This document shows positions 31,023 through 39,966 of a stretch of 64,000 nt of DNA, piece after piece. Position 1 is the stretch's first letter, and each line of letters starts with the position of its first letter. The stretch lies in contig OZ245365.1 of NCBI GenBank assembly GCA_965226495.1, positions 4,064,001 through 4,128,000 of the forward strand. Direction: 5' to 3'. Both the position numbers and the translations under genes were made by a program. The notes beneath the pieces were generated by a model. That model was not told the DNA's origin and made no database searches. It was given only the letters and a program-made list of their open reading frames with translations. The DNA comes from Candidatus Marinacidobacterales bacterium (lineage in GTDB: Bacteria; Acidobacteriota; Vicinamibacteria; Marinacidobacterales; DATDRI01).

Positions 31023-31373
31023 ATGAAGTTTCGTCAAGATAGTTCGGATGATGCAGCGCTGAAGGAACTGGGCAGCCGCATTGCCCGGTATCGTCTGAAC
31101 AGCAACTTGACTCAAGATGCGCTGGCAAAGGAAGCGGGCGTTTCGAAACGAACGGTCCACAGGCTTGAACATGGACATTCCATCCAGGCTTCCAACCTGA
31201 TCCGCATTCTGCGCGCTCTTCGTTTGCTTGAAAACCTTGAAGCCCTTATTCCGGAGCCTACGATAAGTCCGATACAGCAGCTCAAAATGCACGGGAAAAA
31301 ACGCAAGCGCGCCTCCTCTAGTTCTGACAAGCCGGAACAGAAAACGCCATGGTCATGGGGGGATGAAGAATGA
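31023..31373 (+). CDS. XRE-family HTH regulator, HipB-like antitoxin
   Basis: LTQ..LA..AGVS..TV.RLE.G HTH; ATGA overlap with hipA. Confidence 0.88.
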   Translation: MKFRQDSSDDAALKELGSRIARYRLNSNLTQDALAKEAGVSKRTVHRLEHGHSIQASNLIRILRALRLLENLEALIPEPTISPIQQLKMHGKKRKRASSSSDKPEQKTPWSWGDEE

Positions 31374-32674
31374 CCATCGCAGAGGTGAAACTCTGGGGCA
31401 AAACAATCGGAGCCGTAAGTTGGGATGAGAACATTGGGCTTGCCAATTTCGAGTATGAACCGGCTTTCATAGACAGCGGCATTGAGGTCGCTCCCATCAC
31501 CATGCCGCTTTCAGACCGGATTTACTCCTTTCCGGCCTTACCCCGCGAGACATTCCACGGTCTCTCAGGGCTACTTGCAGATTCCCTGCCGGATGATTTC
31601 GGTAACGCACTTATCAACGTATGGCTCGCAAGGGAAGGGCGGGACCCCCGAAGTTTTAACTCAGTCGAACGCCTTTGTTACACCGGCAGCAGGGGCATGG
31701 GCGCGTTGGAATATGTTCCTTCGCAAGGCCCGTCAAGCACGACGTCAACACACGTTGAAGTTCAGGAGTTGGTGGAACTCGCCAGCGCAATCTTGACCAA
31801 ACGCAATCAACTCCACGGCTCTTTCTCCCCTCCTGACCGAGAGGATACTTTGCAGGACATTCTCCGTGTCGGCACGTCGGCGGGGGGAGCCAGAGCAAAG
31901 GCAATTATCGCCTGGAATCCCGAAACCGATGAGGTGCGCTCGGGGCAGGTCAAAGCGAGTCCGGGGTTTTCCTACTGGCTTCTGAAATTCGACGGTGTTT
32001 CGGGCAACAAGGACAAAGAGCTTGAAGACCCCGCAGGCTACGGCCTCATCGAATACGCTTACTACAAGATGGCGTTGGAAGCCGGAATAGACATGAAGGA
32101 ATGTCGGTTGCTCAAAGAAAATGGCCGTAATCATTTTATGACCCGACGCTTTGACCGCACCGATTCCGGCGGGAAAATCCATATGCAATCTCTCGGTGCC
32201 ATGGAGCATTTCGATTTCAAGAAAGCAGGTGCTCATTCCTATGAGCAGGCTTTGCGCACCATCCGCAAACTCGATATGCCCATGGACAGTATCGAGGAAC
32301 AGTTCCGGCGTATGGCGTTCAATATAATCGGGCGTAATCAGGATGACCATGTGAAGAACATCGCCTTCCTGATGGACCGATCAGGAACTTGGTCTCTTTC
32401 TCCTGCCTTTGACATGACCTACAGCTACAATCCAAGTGGGGCGTGGACGAGCACCCACCAAATGTCTCTAAACGGCAAACGAGACAATTTTGACTTGGAG
32501 GATTTCAAGGCCTGCTCGAAAAATGCTTCCATGAAGCGCCGGCGCGCGGAGGAAATTTTGCGACAGGTTCAGAATGGGGTTTTGAAGTGGAAGGACTTTG
32601 CAAAAGAGGCCGGTTTGCGGAATGACGTTGCCGACAGCATTGCTAAAGCCCATCGCATGAACATTCTGGGCTAA
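31370..32674 (+). CDS. hipA: HipA family Ser/Thr kinase toxin
   Basis: N-terminal FEY / ADSLPD domain; SAGGARAK P-loop; LLKFD; RRFDR; N.DDH.KN; LSPAFD. Confidence 0.93.
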   Translation: MTIAEVKLWGKTIGAVSWDENIGLANFEYEPAFIDSGIEVAPITMPLSDRIYSFPALPRETFHGLSGLLADSLPDDFGNALINVWLAREGRDPRSFNSVERLCYTGSRGMGALEYVPSQGPSSTTSTHVEVQELVELASAILTKRNQLHGSFSPPDREDTLQDILRVGTSAGGARAKAIIAWNPETDEVRSGQVKASPGFSYWLLKFDGVSGNKDKELEDPAGYGLIEYAYYKMALEAGIDMKECRLLKENGRNHFMTRRFDRTDSGGKIHMQSLGAMEHFDFKKAGAHSYEQALRTIRKLDMPMDSIEEQFRRMAFNIIGRNQDDHVKNIAFLMDRSGTWSLSPAFDMTYSYNPSGAWTSTHQMSLNGKRDNFDLEDFKACSKNASMKRRRAEEILRQVQNGVLKWKDFAKEAGLRNDVADSIAKAHRMNILG

Positions 32675-32677
32675 TCC

Positions 32678-33394
32678 ATGCAAGACCGTTACACTGGAGA
32701 CATTGGCGACTATGTGAAGTATGGGCTGCTTCGCGCCTTGGCCAACGGGCGGCGTCTTGGCGTAGCATGGTATCTCTTCCCGGGCGAAGACCATAACGGT
32801 GATGGTCGTCATGTCGACTATCTGCATGACCGTGGTCAGTGGCGTGGTCATGACCCCGCTCTTTTCGACGTTCTTAAACGGATCGTGGACGACGACCGGC
32901 GCAGTGTCGCCGCCCTCGAGCAATCGGGCATCTTGGGAGCGGCCAAATTCTCTGACCCGATTTTGTCCGCCCTTGAACTGACGCCCGCCCAGCGGCGCGA
33001 TTGGCGACGCCGGTGGTTTGAGACTGTGCAATCATCATTGCAGGAGTGCGATATCGTTTTCGCCGATCCCGACAACGGGCTCTGCGAAGACGGAAAGTTC
33101 AGGCCAGGCCGAGTGAAAGACTGGAAGCGGCTTCCCTTGCGCGAGGCCAAGGCGTTGGCCGAAGGGCGTACCGCCGTTATCTACCACCACAACACCCGCC
33201 GCACCGGTGGCCATGAGAAAGAGATCGCTGATTGGATAGACGAGCTAGGCGCAGGTACACTCGCACTCCGCTGGCGCGCGTATAGCAGCCGCACGTTTTT
33301 CGTCATCAATCCCGCGCGCAGAATGATTGAGCGGTTGACGCGGTTTTCACAAGAGTGGGGACCAAAAGCCGAGCTTCATGGATTGAGCCACTGA
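32678..33394 (+). CDS. Conserved hypothetical protein, possibly SAM-dependent methyltransferase-like fold
   Basis: 3 bp after hipA; MQDRYTGDIGDYVKYGLLR and DIVFADPDNG motifs. Confidence 0.75.
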   Translation: MQDRYTGDIGDYVKYGLLRALANGRRLGVAWYLFPGEDHNGDGRHVDYLHDRGQWRGHDPALFDVLKRIVDDDRRSVAALEQSGILGAAKFSDPILSALELTPAQRRDWRRRWFETVQSSLQECDIVFADPDNGLCEDGKFRPGRVKDWKRLPLREAKALAEGRTAVIYHHNTRRTGGHEKEIADWIDELGAGTLALRWRAYSSRTFFVINPARRMIERLTRFSQEWGPKAELHGLSH

Positions 33395-33664
33395 GATTTC
33401 CTGTTCTTCTAATCCCGATGGTTTTGGGAAGGCCTTCTCTCGCTCCAACCCGCCGCGGCGGTTTTTCGCTACCGTATGGTATAGAAAGGTCGTCGAGGTC
33501 GGGGAACCGGGGGGATCGTAGAAAAGAGGACCGGAATCTCGGCCTGAGGCATCACGCGGAGCCGCGCCCAGGCGAGTCGAGAGGGGCCCCGTCGACGACG
33601 CGGAAGCGAGCCTGATGGTCCCGTCACTCGAATGTGCGCGACAGCCGTGTTGATACTTGGGGCC

Positions 33665-33722
33665 ACGCAGCGGCACGATAGTAATATCGCAGAAGTCCGC
33701 CGGGTCGCTCACGGCAAGCAAC
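33665..33722 (-). mobile_element. C-terminal scrap of an integrase-core (DDE) transposase
   Basis: CRER.GGLLRYYYRAAA tail typical of this family. Confidence 0.55.
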
Positions 33723-33888
33723 CATCGTGCGGTACGTGACGGTTCTACTGGTACCGGTGGCGCTCATCCTCGGGGCTCCGCTAGTGGCACTCATCATATT
33801 GCCGTTCCGTTTCGTCACCGTGCTTCGGTACTTCGGCGGCCCAATATGGCTGCAACTCATCTTGGCCGCAAGTTCGGGGTGGCGGTGA
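33721..33888 (+). pseudogene. 3' part of a small membrane-protein gene (5' part survives at 30261-30320)
   Basis: Open hydrophobic frame TIVRYVTVLLVPVALILGAPLVALIILPF...GWR*; no start codon or RBS. Confidence 0.5.
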
Positions 33889-33947
33889 GGGTCGTCTTCA
33901 AGCCGCCCGCCGCCGGTTAGTACGCTTCTCGCAACCTGACACACGCC

Positions 33948-35519
33948 TCAACGTTGGTACACGGGCTCTCCACCTACGAACGTTGCGTCGACCTTGATCT
34001 CGGTCAGAGCTTCGGGCTCTACCTCGAGCGGATTCCTATCAAGCACCACGAAATCCGCCCACTTGCCAGGCGCCAGAGCACCGCGGTTCGATCCGTCTCC
34101 GCTCGCCAAGGCGCCGCCCATCGTATAGGCGTAGAGCGCCTCGGCAACCGTAATCGCTTGCTCGGGTGCTATCGTGCCCTCTTCCGGATCACCTCTCAAC
34201 ACCGCCGCGCGGATGCCGAGAAGCGGGTTCTCGTCCTCCACGACCGGAGCATCAGAGCTCAAGGCCAGTGGCAACCCCGCGTCCAGCACATCCCTCAGAG
34301 GGTAGCAGCGAGGGATGTACGCATCCGGAAGGTAGCGCCGAAAGTTGCCGCCGAGACTATGGAGAAACACGGGTTGCGCGGCGACATGCACGCGAAGGCG
34401 CGCTGCTCTTTCCAGCTGCATCGCATCCGGCAAGGCGAAGTGCTCGAACCTGCGGCGCCTTCGCGGCCTCTCCGCAGCGAGTCTCTCGTAGACTGCCAAC
34501 ACCCGGTCGATGGCGGCATCGCCGATGACGTGGGTTCCGACATGAAGACCGTGTGCCTCGGCTTTGCTCGCGAGCGCGTAGAGCTCGTCTTCCCCGAGAC
34601 GCAAGACGCCTTTCGTAGGTGCGTGGCGATAGCGCGCCCGAAGCGCCCCGGTAGCACCCGAGAGTCCCCCGTCCGCAAAGAACTTCATGGAGTCGAAACG
34701 AAGATAGTCGGATTCGTGACAGTCCGGAAGGGCACTCGATACTCCCGAGCTCTCGTGGAGCAGCATGACGTTGAAGCGCGATCGTAGCATCCCTTCGTCC
34801 GCCATCTTCCGATACGCCGCGAGGAGAGCAGGACGAACCCCTGGGTCGGTCGCGCTAGTAATTCCAAATTGGTGCTGACGACGGGTCGCCGCTTCGATCA
34901 TTTCGCGATAGTCGCTCTCCGTGGGGTCGGGAATCGCTTCGTTGAGAAGGTCGATGGCATTTTCTTGCACCAGTCCCGTTGGCGCGCCCGTTTGATCTCT
35001 CCCGATGACGCCTCCAGGCGGATCGACCGTCTGCGCCCGGATCCCTGCTGCCTCGAGGGCGCTGCTATTGGCAACTCCCATGTGGCCACAGGTTCTCGTC
35101 AAGTAGACCTTGCGACCGGGAGCGGCTTCATCCAGATCGCTCCGGGTCGGCTGCCGGTGCTCGGCCATGCGCTCCTCGTTGTAACCTCTGCCCAGAAGCC
35201 ACGCGCCCGGAGGAAGTTTCTGGTGCGCGCCACGAAGCTTTTCTTTCAGCGAGTCGATTCCCTCCACCCCGCGGAGATCGAGCATCGTGGTCAAGAGATG
35301 TCCCAATTTCCAAACATGCACGTGGGCATCGTTGAAGCCGGGGACCAGCGTGCGACCGCCGAGATCGATGCGGCTGGTTCCGGGGCGGACTAGATTCTCG
35401 ATATCATCCCGGGCACCGATCGCCGAGATTCTTCCCCACTCGACCGCGAGCGCCTCGGCGCGGGGGTTCGTCACATCCTGCGTGAGCAGAGTGCCATTGA
35501 CGAAGATGGCGTCGGTCAT
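33948..35519 (-). CDS. Amidohydrolase (YtcJ-like, amidohydro_3)
   Basis: PGFNDAHVH, KFFADG, HVIGD, EH, SSDAPV and GKWADFVVL motifs. Confidence 0.92.
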   Translation of the reverse strand: MTDAIFVNGTLLTQDVTNPRAEALAVEWGRISAIGARDDIENLVRPGTSRIDLGGRTLVPGFNDAHVHVWKLGHLLTTMLDLRGVEGIDSLKEKLRGAHQKLPPGAWLLGRGYNEERMAEHRQPTRSDLDEAAPGRKVYLTRTCGHMGVANSSALEAAGIRAQTVDPPGGVIGRDQTGAPTGLVQENAIDLLNEAIPDPTESDYREMIEAATRRQHQFGITSATDPGVRPALLAAYRKMADEGMLRSRFNVMLLHESSGVSSALPDCHESDYLRFDSMKFFADGGLSGATGALRARYRHAPTKGVLRLGEDELYALASKAEAHGLHVGTHVIGDAAIDRVLAVYERLAAERPRRRRRFEHFALPDAMQLERAARLRVHVAAQPVFLHSLGGNFRRYLPDAYIPRCYPLRDVLDAGLPLALSSDAPVVEDENPLLGIRAAVLRGDPEEGTIAPEQAITVAEALYAYTMGGALASGDGSNRGALAPGKWADFVVLDRNPLEVEPEALTEIKVDATFVGGEPVYQR

Positions 35520-36856
35520 GATTCGTCGATGTGTTCCTGGATTGCCGTCTCCAAGATAGAGAGTCCCTCCGCCAGTTGCTCATCGGTAATGGTCAGGGGA
35601 GGCATGAAGCGGATGCAATTACTGTGGAGGCCGGCGCGTATCACTATCAGACCTTTCGAAACCGCGCGGCGAATGATCTGGAGCGTCTCCTTGCTAGCCG
35701 GCTCCTTGGTCGTGCGATCTCTGACGAGCTCGATGAGCATCATGGGGCCCAGTCCGCGAACATCGCCGATCAACGGGAACTTTTCTTTCCAGCCGAGAAG
35801 CGCTTCTTTCAGCATCGGCCCGAGCGCTTCCGCCCGCCTCAGAAACGATGGTTGCCGAATTGTTTTCACGGCCTCGATCGCCGCCACGCAGGCGAGAGGA
35901 TTGCCGCCGTAGGTTCCACCGACCCCACCCCGATGGGGAGCATCCATGATCTCGGCGCGGCCGGTTACCGCAGAGATGGGCATCCCCGCACCCAAAGACT
36001 TCGCGGTGGTTATGAGATCGGGCACGATCCCGTAGTGCTCAACGGCGAAGAGCTTGCCGGTACGCCCCATCCCGGACTGTATCTCGTCGACGATCATCAC
36101 GATCCCGTGCTCGTCGCAGATGCTCCGAATCTTCTCGAGAAAGGCCGCCGCCATCGGAACGAAACCGGCCTCACCCTGAATGGGCTCAATAATGATGGCC
36201 GCCACCGCGCTCGGCGAGACTTGAGCCACGAGAGCGTTGTCGAGCTGATGACAGCACATGTCGACGTACTGATCTTCGGTCAGCCCGGCCGGCCGTCGGT
36301 AGGTATACGGCGCGGGCACACGGTAGATTTCGGGCGCGAAGGGACCAAACCCTTTTTTGAAAAACTCGTACTTGCTGGTGAGGCTCATCGTCAGCAGCGT
36401 CCGTCCGTGATACGCCCCCTCGAAAGTGATCACCGCCGGGCGACCGGTGTAGGAACGCGCGATTTTGATTGCGTTTTCGACCGCCTCCGCGCCGCTGGTC
36501 CCGAGGAGCGTCTTCTTGTCGAAGTCCCCAGGCGTGATTTCGTTCAGAAGCTCGGCCAAGCGAACTTGAGGCTCCTGGGTCGCCACCAAGTCGCACACGA
36601 AAAGAAACTTGTCCGCCTGCGAGCGAAGGGCGTCTTGAATAGCAGGCGGAGCGTGCCCGATCGCCAAAGTCCCAATCCCTCCGGCGAAGTCCATGAATGT
36701 GTTTCCATCGACGTCATGTACCAAGACTCCCTCCGCCCGTTCTACGACCACGTCGGTCGCCCTCGCCTGGGCAGCGGAAATAGCGCGATCGCGGCGCTCG
36801 AGAATCTCACGGGCCTTGGGCCCCGGAATTTCGGTCTTTAATTCAATGAAGCTCAT
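35516..36856 (-). CDS. gabT: 4-aminobutyrate aminotransferase (class III PLP)
   Basis: DFAGGIG, SGAEAVENA, YHGRT, EPIQGE, DEIQSG.GRTGK, AKSL and GGTYGGNP motifs. Confidence 0.9.
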   Translation of the reverse strand: MSFIELKTEIPGPKAREILERRDRAISAAQARATDVVVERAEGVLVHDVDGNTFMDFAGGIGTLAIGHAPPAIQDALRSQADKFLFVCDLVATQEPQVRLAELLNEITPGDFDKKTLLGTSGAEAVENAIKIARSYTGRPAVITFEGAYHGRTLLTMSLTSKYEFFKKGFGPFAPEIYRVPAPYTYRRPAGLTEDQYVDMCCHQLDNALVAQVSPSAVAAIIIEPIQGEAGFVPMAAAFLEKIRSICDEHGIVMIVDEIQSGMGRTGKLFAVEHYGIVPDLITTAKSLGAGMPISAVTGRAEIMDAPHRGGVGGTYGGNPLACVAAIEAVKTIRQPSFLRRAEALGPMLKEALLGWKEKFPLIGDVRGLGPMMLIELVRDRTTKEPASKETLQIIRRAVSKGLIVIRAGLHSNCIRFMPPLTITDEQLAEGLSILETAIQEHIDES

Positions 36857-38450
36857 CGGACTCCTCTCTATCGATTTCCCAGATGGTGATCAGCGGTCCT
36901 CCTCGCTCTACAGCATCGAAACCGGCAAACGGCAAATAGAACGCATCTTGTACATAAAAGAAGGGACTTGCCTCGGTAGTCGCATTGAACGGGTCGAAGC
37001 GCGCTAGCTCTCGCCCGCTTTCCTCGACAAGGTCCGTAAGATCCTGACCCAGGGGCGGCGAGCTCCAGAGGCGATGATACTCGTGGGTGATCAAGAAACG
37101 GCCTTTGTGCCGTTGAACGGCTTTGGCCGAACAAGGGATCGTCAGTGGCTCGAACGCGGGCGGACGCCTCCGATCTTTGTTAATGACCGGGGCGCCGTAA
37201 CCTCGACATATCAAGACCTCTGAGCGGCGCGGCAAGTTTTCGGCGACCCACTCTGAAGCCAAAACGCGCGTGTCTTTTCGAGAGATCAACCGGTCGAACT
37301 GAATCGACTTCCAGACCCCAGGAACGGCCAGAGCGATGGCGGCCGCCACAACGAGGCCCCTCCTTTCTCGCGCCAGACCCGACACGACGAACTCTGCCAC
37401 GACCACTGCAAGCACAGGGACCAGGGGCACGACGTATCGCGGGAAGACGGTGCTAACACTGGACACGAGCGCAAAGAAAGGGACGAAGAAAGCCAACAGC
37501 ACCAAATCGGTGGGCCGCCGCAGCCAAACGGCCCGAACGATGCCGGCCGCACCGGCAAGATAGAACGGCCACCCGAAACCCTGGGGAAACGTAACTTTGA
37601 GATGAACCCAAAGGGCCCGTGCGGTGCCATCACCATATAGGAACTCCCGAACGCCGCCGAGCTCCTTGAGCGCCGCCGGATAATGGATGATCGTATAGGG
37701 GGAGAACATGGCGAATGCGAGCACCATGACACATACCGCGAATAGTGAGCGAGCGAGAAGACTCGCTTTCGCGATGGACGACTCGCCTCGTTCGCCGAAG
37801 AAATGCAGCGCCGTGGCCGCCCCGAGCCCGAGGATGACGAGCCCCGCATTATATTTGGCCGCACTAGATGCTCCTGCGAATAGTCCCGCCAGCAAGTAAT
37901 TTCGCCAGCTGGGATCGCGAGCGGCCTTGACGGCAAAGAGGAGCGCCAAAGCGACGAAAAATCCCATTCCGATATCTACGGTTGCGAAATGAGAGTCCCG
38001 TACGTGCAGGTAGTTCGTCGCTACACAGAGAGCGGCAACGAGACCCACGCTCTGGCTGCGATACCCCTCTCGACCCAGTAAGTACGTCACCCCGACGGTG
38101 CCGACACCGAGCACCACGCTCACCGCGCGGCAAATCAGGTAGTGGAGGCCCGGGTCGGTCACGACCGCGGCGAACAGGAAATCGAATGTATTATCGTAGT
38201 GCCCGAGGAGCCGCCCGACCAAGACATAGGCTGAAAGTGCAAGCGTGTTTAGGTAAATCATCAGGCCCGGATACGCATAACTAACGGGGTTGAAATCTCC
38301 GGTCGCAAGAATCTTATAGGCTCTGCCGACAACGCGTTCCTCGTCCGGCCGGACGGTGGGGTGCGGCACTCCGTAGTCGAGGCCCCAGGCTCGAAGCGCG
38401 GCCGCGATAAGAATGCAGAGCACCAACCACTTCCAGACCGATCGGCTCAT
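36843..38450 (-). CDS. GT-C fold membrane glycosyltransferase (GT39/ArnT-like)
   Basis: PDE and YP motifs, SHFATVD, KY; many TM helices; overlaps both neighbours. Confidence 0.85.
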   Translation of the reverse strand: MSRSVWKWLVLCILIAAALRAWGLDYGVPHPTVRPDEERVVGRAYKILATGDFNPVSYAYPGLMIYLNTLALSAYVLVGRLLGHYDNTFDFLFAAVVTDPGLHYLICRAVSVVLGVGTVGVTYLLGREGYRSQSVGLVAALCVATNYLHVRDSHFATVDIGMGFFVALALLFAVKAARDPSWRNYLLAGLFAGASSAAKYNAGLVILGLGAATALHFFGERGESSIAKASLLARSLFAVCVMVLAFAMFSPYTIIHYPAALKELGGVREFLYGDGTARALWVHLKVTFPQGFGWPFYLAGAAGIVRAVWLRRPTDLVLLAFFVPFFALVSSVSTVFPRYVVPLVPVLAVVVAEFVVSGLARERRGLVVAAAIALAVPGVWKSIQFDRLISRKDTRVLASEWVAENLPRRSEVLICRGYGAPVINKDRRRPPAFEPLTIPCSAKAVQRHKGRFLITHEYHRLWSSPPLGQDLTDLVEESGRELARFDPFNATTEASPFFYVQDAFYLPFAGFDAVERGGPLITIWEIDREESDELH

Positions 38451-39100
38451 CCGGTCTCCACGTCGCGATCGGCCTCCAACACGAGAAGCACGCCGCAACT
38501 GTTGCATGCGGGGTCATTCAGGTAGCCGCGAATGAGACCGCAGGATCGGAAACCAACCTTCATCTGAGCGGAGATAGTCGGATCCGTCCTCTCCCCTTTG
38601 ATCATGGATCCGTAGTATTCATCCGCCGACATTTGTTCTCTTAGTACGCCGTAACCTCGAAGCATGCCCACCGTGACCTGCCCCTGTAGCCTCAGACGCC
38701 GCACCGTATCATGACGTGCCGCGTAGAGACCGCGCGCAATCCCGCGGCGCCGATAATCGGGATGGGTGCCGATGTCCGCGCCATAGAGCCAATTCCCCTT
38801 CGGGTCGTGGGACGTCAGCCATCCGCCGCCAACTACCTCGGCAAACGTATGATCGGTATGCTCGAAATCGAACTCCATCCGGAGGCTGCTGGTCATGCCG
38901 ACCACCCGATCTCCATCGAGCGCCACAAACTGTCCATCGGAAAAGATTTCGATGTGCTTGAGGTATTGCTCTTTCTTGAAGCGTTCGGCCGGAGCGAGCG
39001 TCTGGAAACATAGCTCCTGAAGCTTCTCGAGCCGGGCGGCATGCTCCGCCCGCGTCGAAACGACGACAATACCGGAGCGGAGAGACTTTTGGTAGCGCAT
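38447..39100 (-). CDS. GNAT family N-acetyltransferase
   Basis: FSDGQFVA, LYGADIGTHPDYRRRGIAR.LY and DPT..Q..GF motifs. Confidence 0.88.
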   Translation of the reverse strand: MRYQKSLRSGIVVVSTRAEHAARLEKLQELCFQTLAPAERFKKEQYLKHIEIFSDGQFVALDGDRVVGMTSSLRMEFDFEHTDHTFAEVVGGGWLTSHDPKGNWLYGADIGTHPDYRRRGIARGLYAARHDTVRRLRLQGQVTVGMLRGYGVLREQMSADEYYGSMIKGERTDPTISAQMKVGFRSCGLIRGYLNDPACNSCGVLLVLEADRDVETG

Positions 39101-39182
39101 CGCACTTCACCAAACCTGCGCCCGTAGTCTAACGAAAATCGGCCCCGGGAGGTTCTTGCAAACGTGGGCGGCGAGGAGAGGC

Positions 39183-39966
39183 CTAGGACTTCTTGAGGGA
39201 GCTCCAGTCGTAAGGAAACCAATCGGGCATGGCGCGGATCTTGTAGTCCATGTGAACGTGTTTCGTATCCCGGAACCCTTCGAGGCCCTCGATACCGAGC
39301 TCGCGCCCTATCCCTGAAAGGCGCATGCCCCCAAATGGCCCAGCATCGTTGTCGGTCAGTGGATCGTTGATCCAAAACGTACCGGCGCGGATGTTGGCGG
39401 CCGCGGTCATGGCGTATTCGAGGTTGTTGGTATAGATGCTGGCACCGAGCCCATACTTAGAGTCGTTCGCGAGGGTGGTCGCCTCGTCGATGTCTTTTAC
39501 AACCATGATGGGTGCAATCGGGCCGAACGTTTCCTCGTTCATGAGCTTCATCGAGTGATTCACGCCGGTGAGGACGGTCGGCTCGAAGAAGTATCCCTTG
39601 GGAAGGCCCTGTGGTCTCTTCCCCCCCGTAACGAGCTCGGCTCCTTCTTTGCGCGCCGCCTCCAGCTTCTGTTCGACTTTGTCCCGTTGCGCAGCACTCA
39701 CCATGGGCCCCAGCTCTACATCCGGCCCCATGGGATTGCCGACTCGTAGAGCCTTTGCAACAGAGACGAATCTATCCAAGAAGCGATCCGCAACTTTCTC
39801 GAACACATAGAACCGCTCTGCAGAGGTGCAGACTTGCCCCATGTTGAGGAAAGCCGCAAACGCAGCACCCTGGGCTGCCACGTCAACGTCCACATCGTCG
39901 CAAACGATGAAAGGATCGTTACCCCCCAGTTCGAGATGCAATTTCTTGAGCTGGTCGGCCGCCGCC
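39183..39966 (-). pseudogene. Aldehyde dehydrogenase, C-terminal half only
   Basis: LELGG, GQVCTS, EETFGP and PFGG present; PWN and FTGS NAD-binding region missing; fragment abuts the upstream gene's stop. Confidence 0.85.

Noticed and set aside
29060-33950. Intact integron, prophage or ICE
   Set aside because: Integrase is truncated and frameshifted; no full attC array, phage or conjugation genes
35531-36841. Long antisense ORFs (also 23815-25107, 48399-49358, 26230-27084)
   Set aside because: Shadows of well-supported genes in GC-rich DNA, with no motifs
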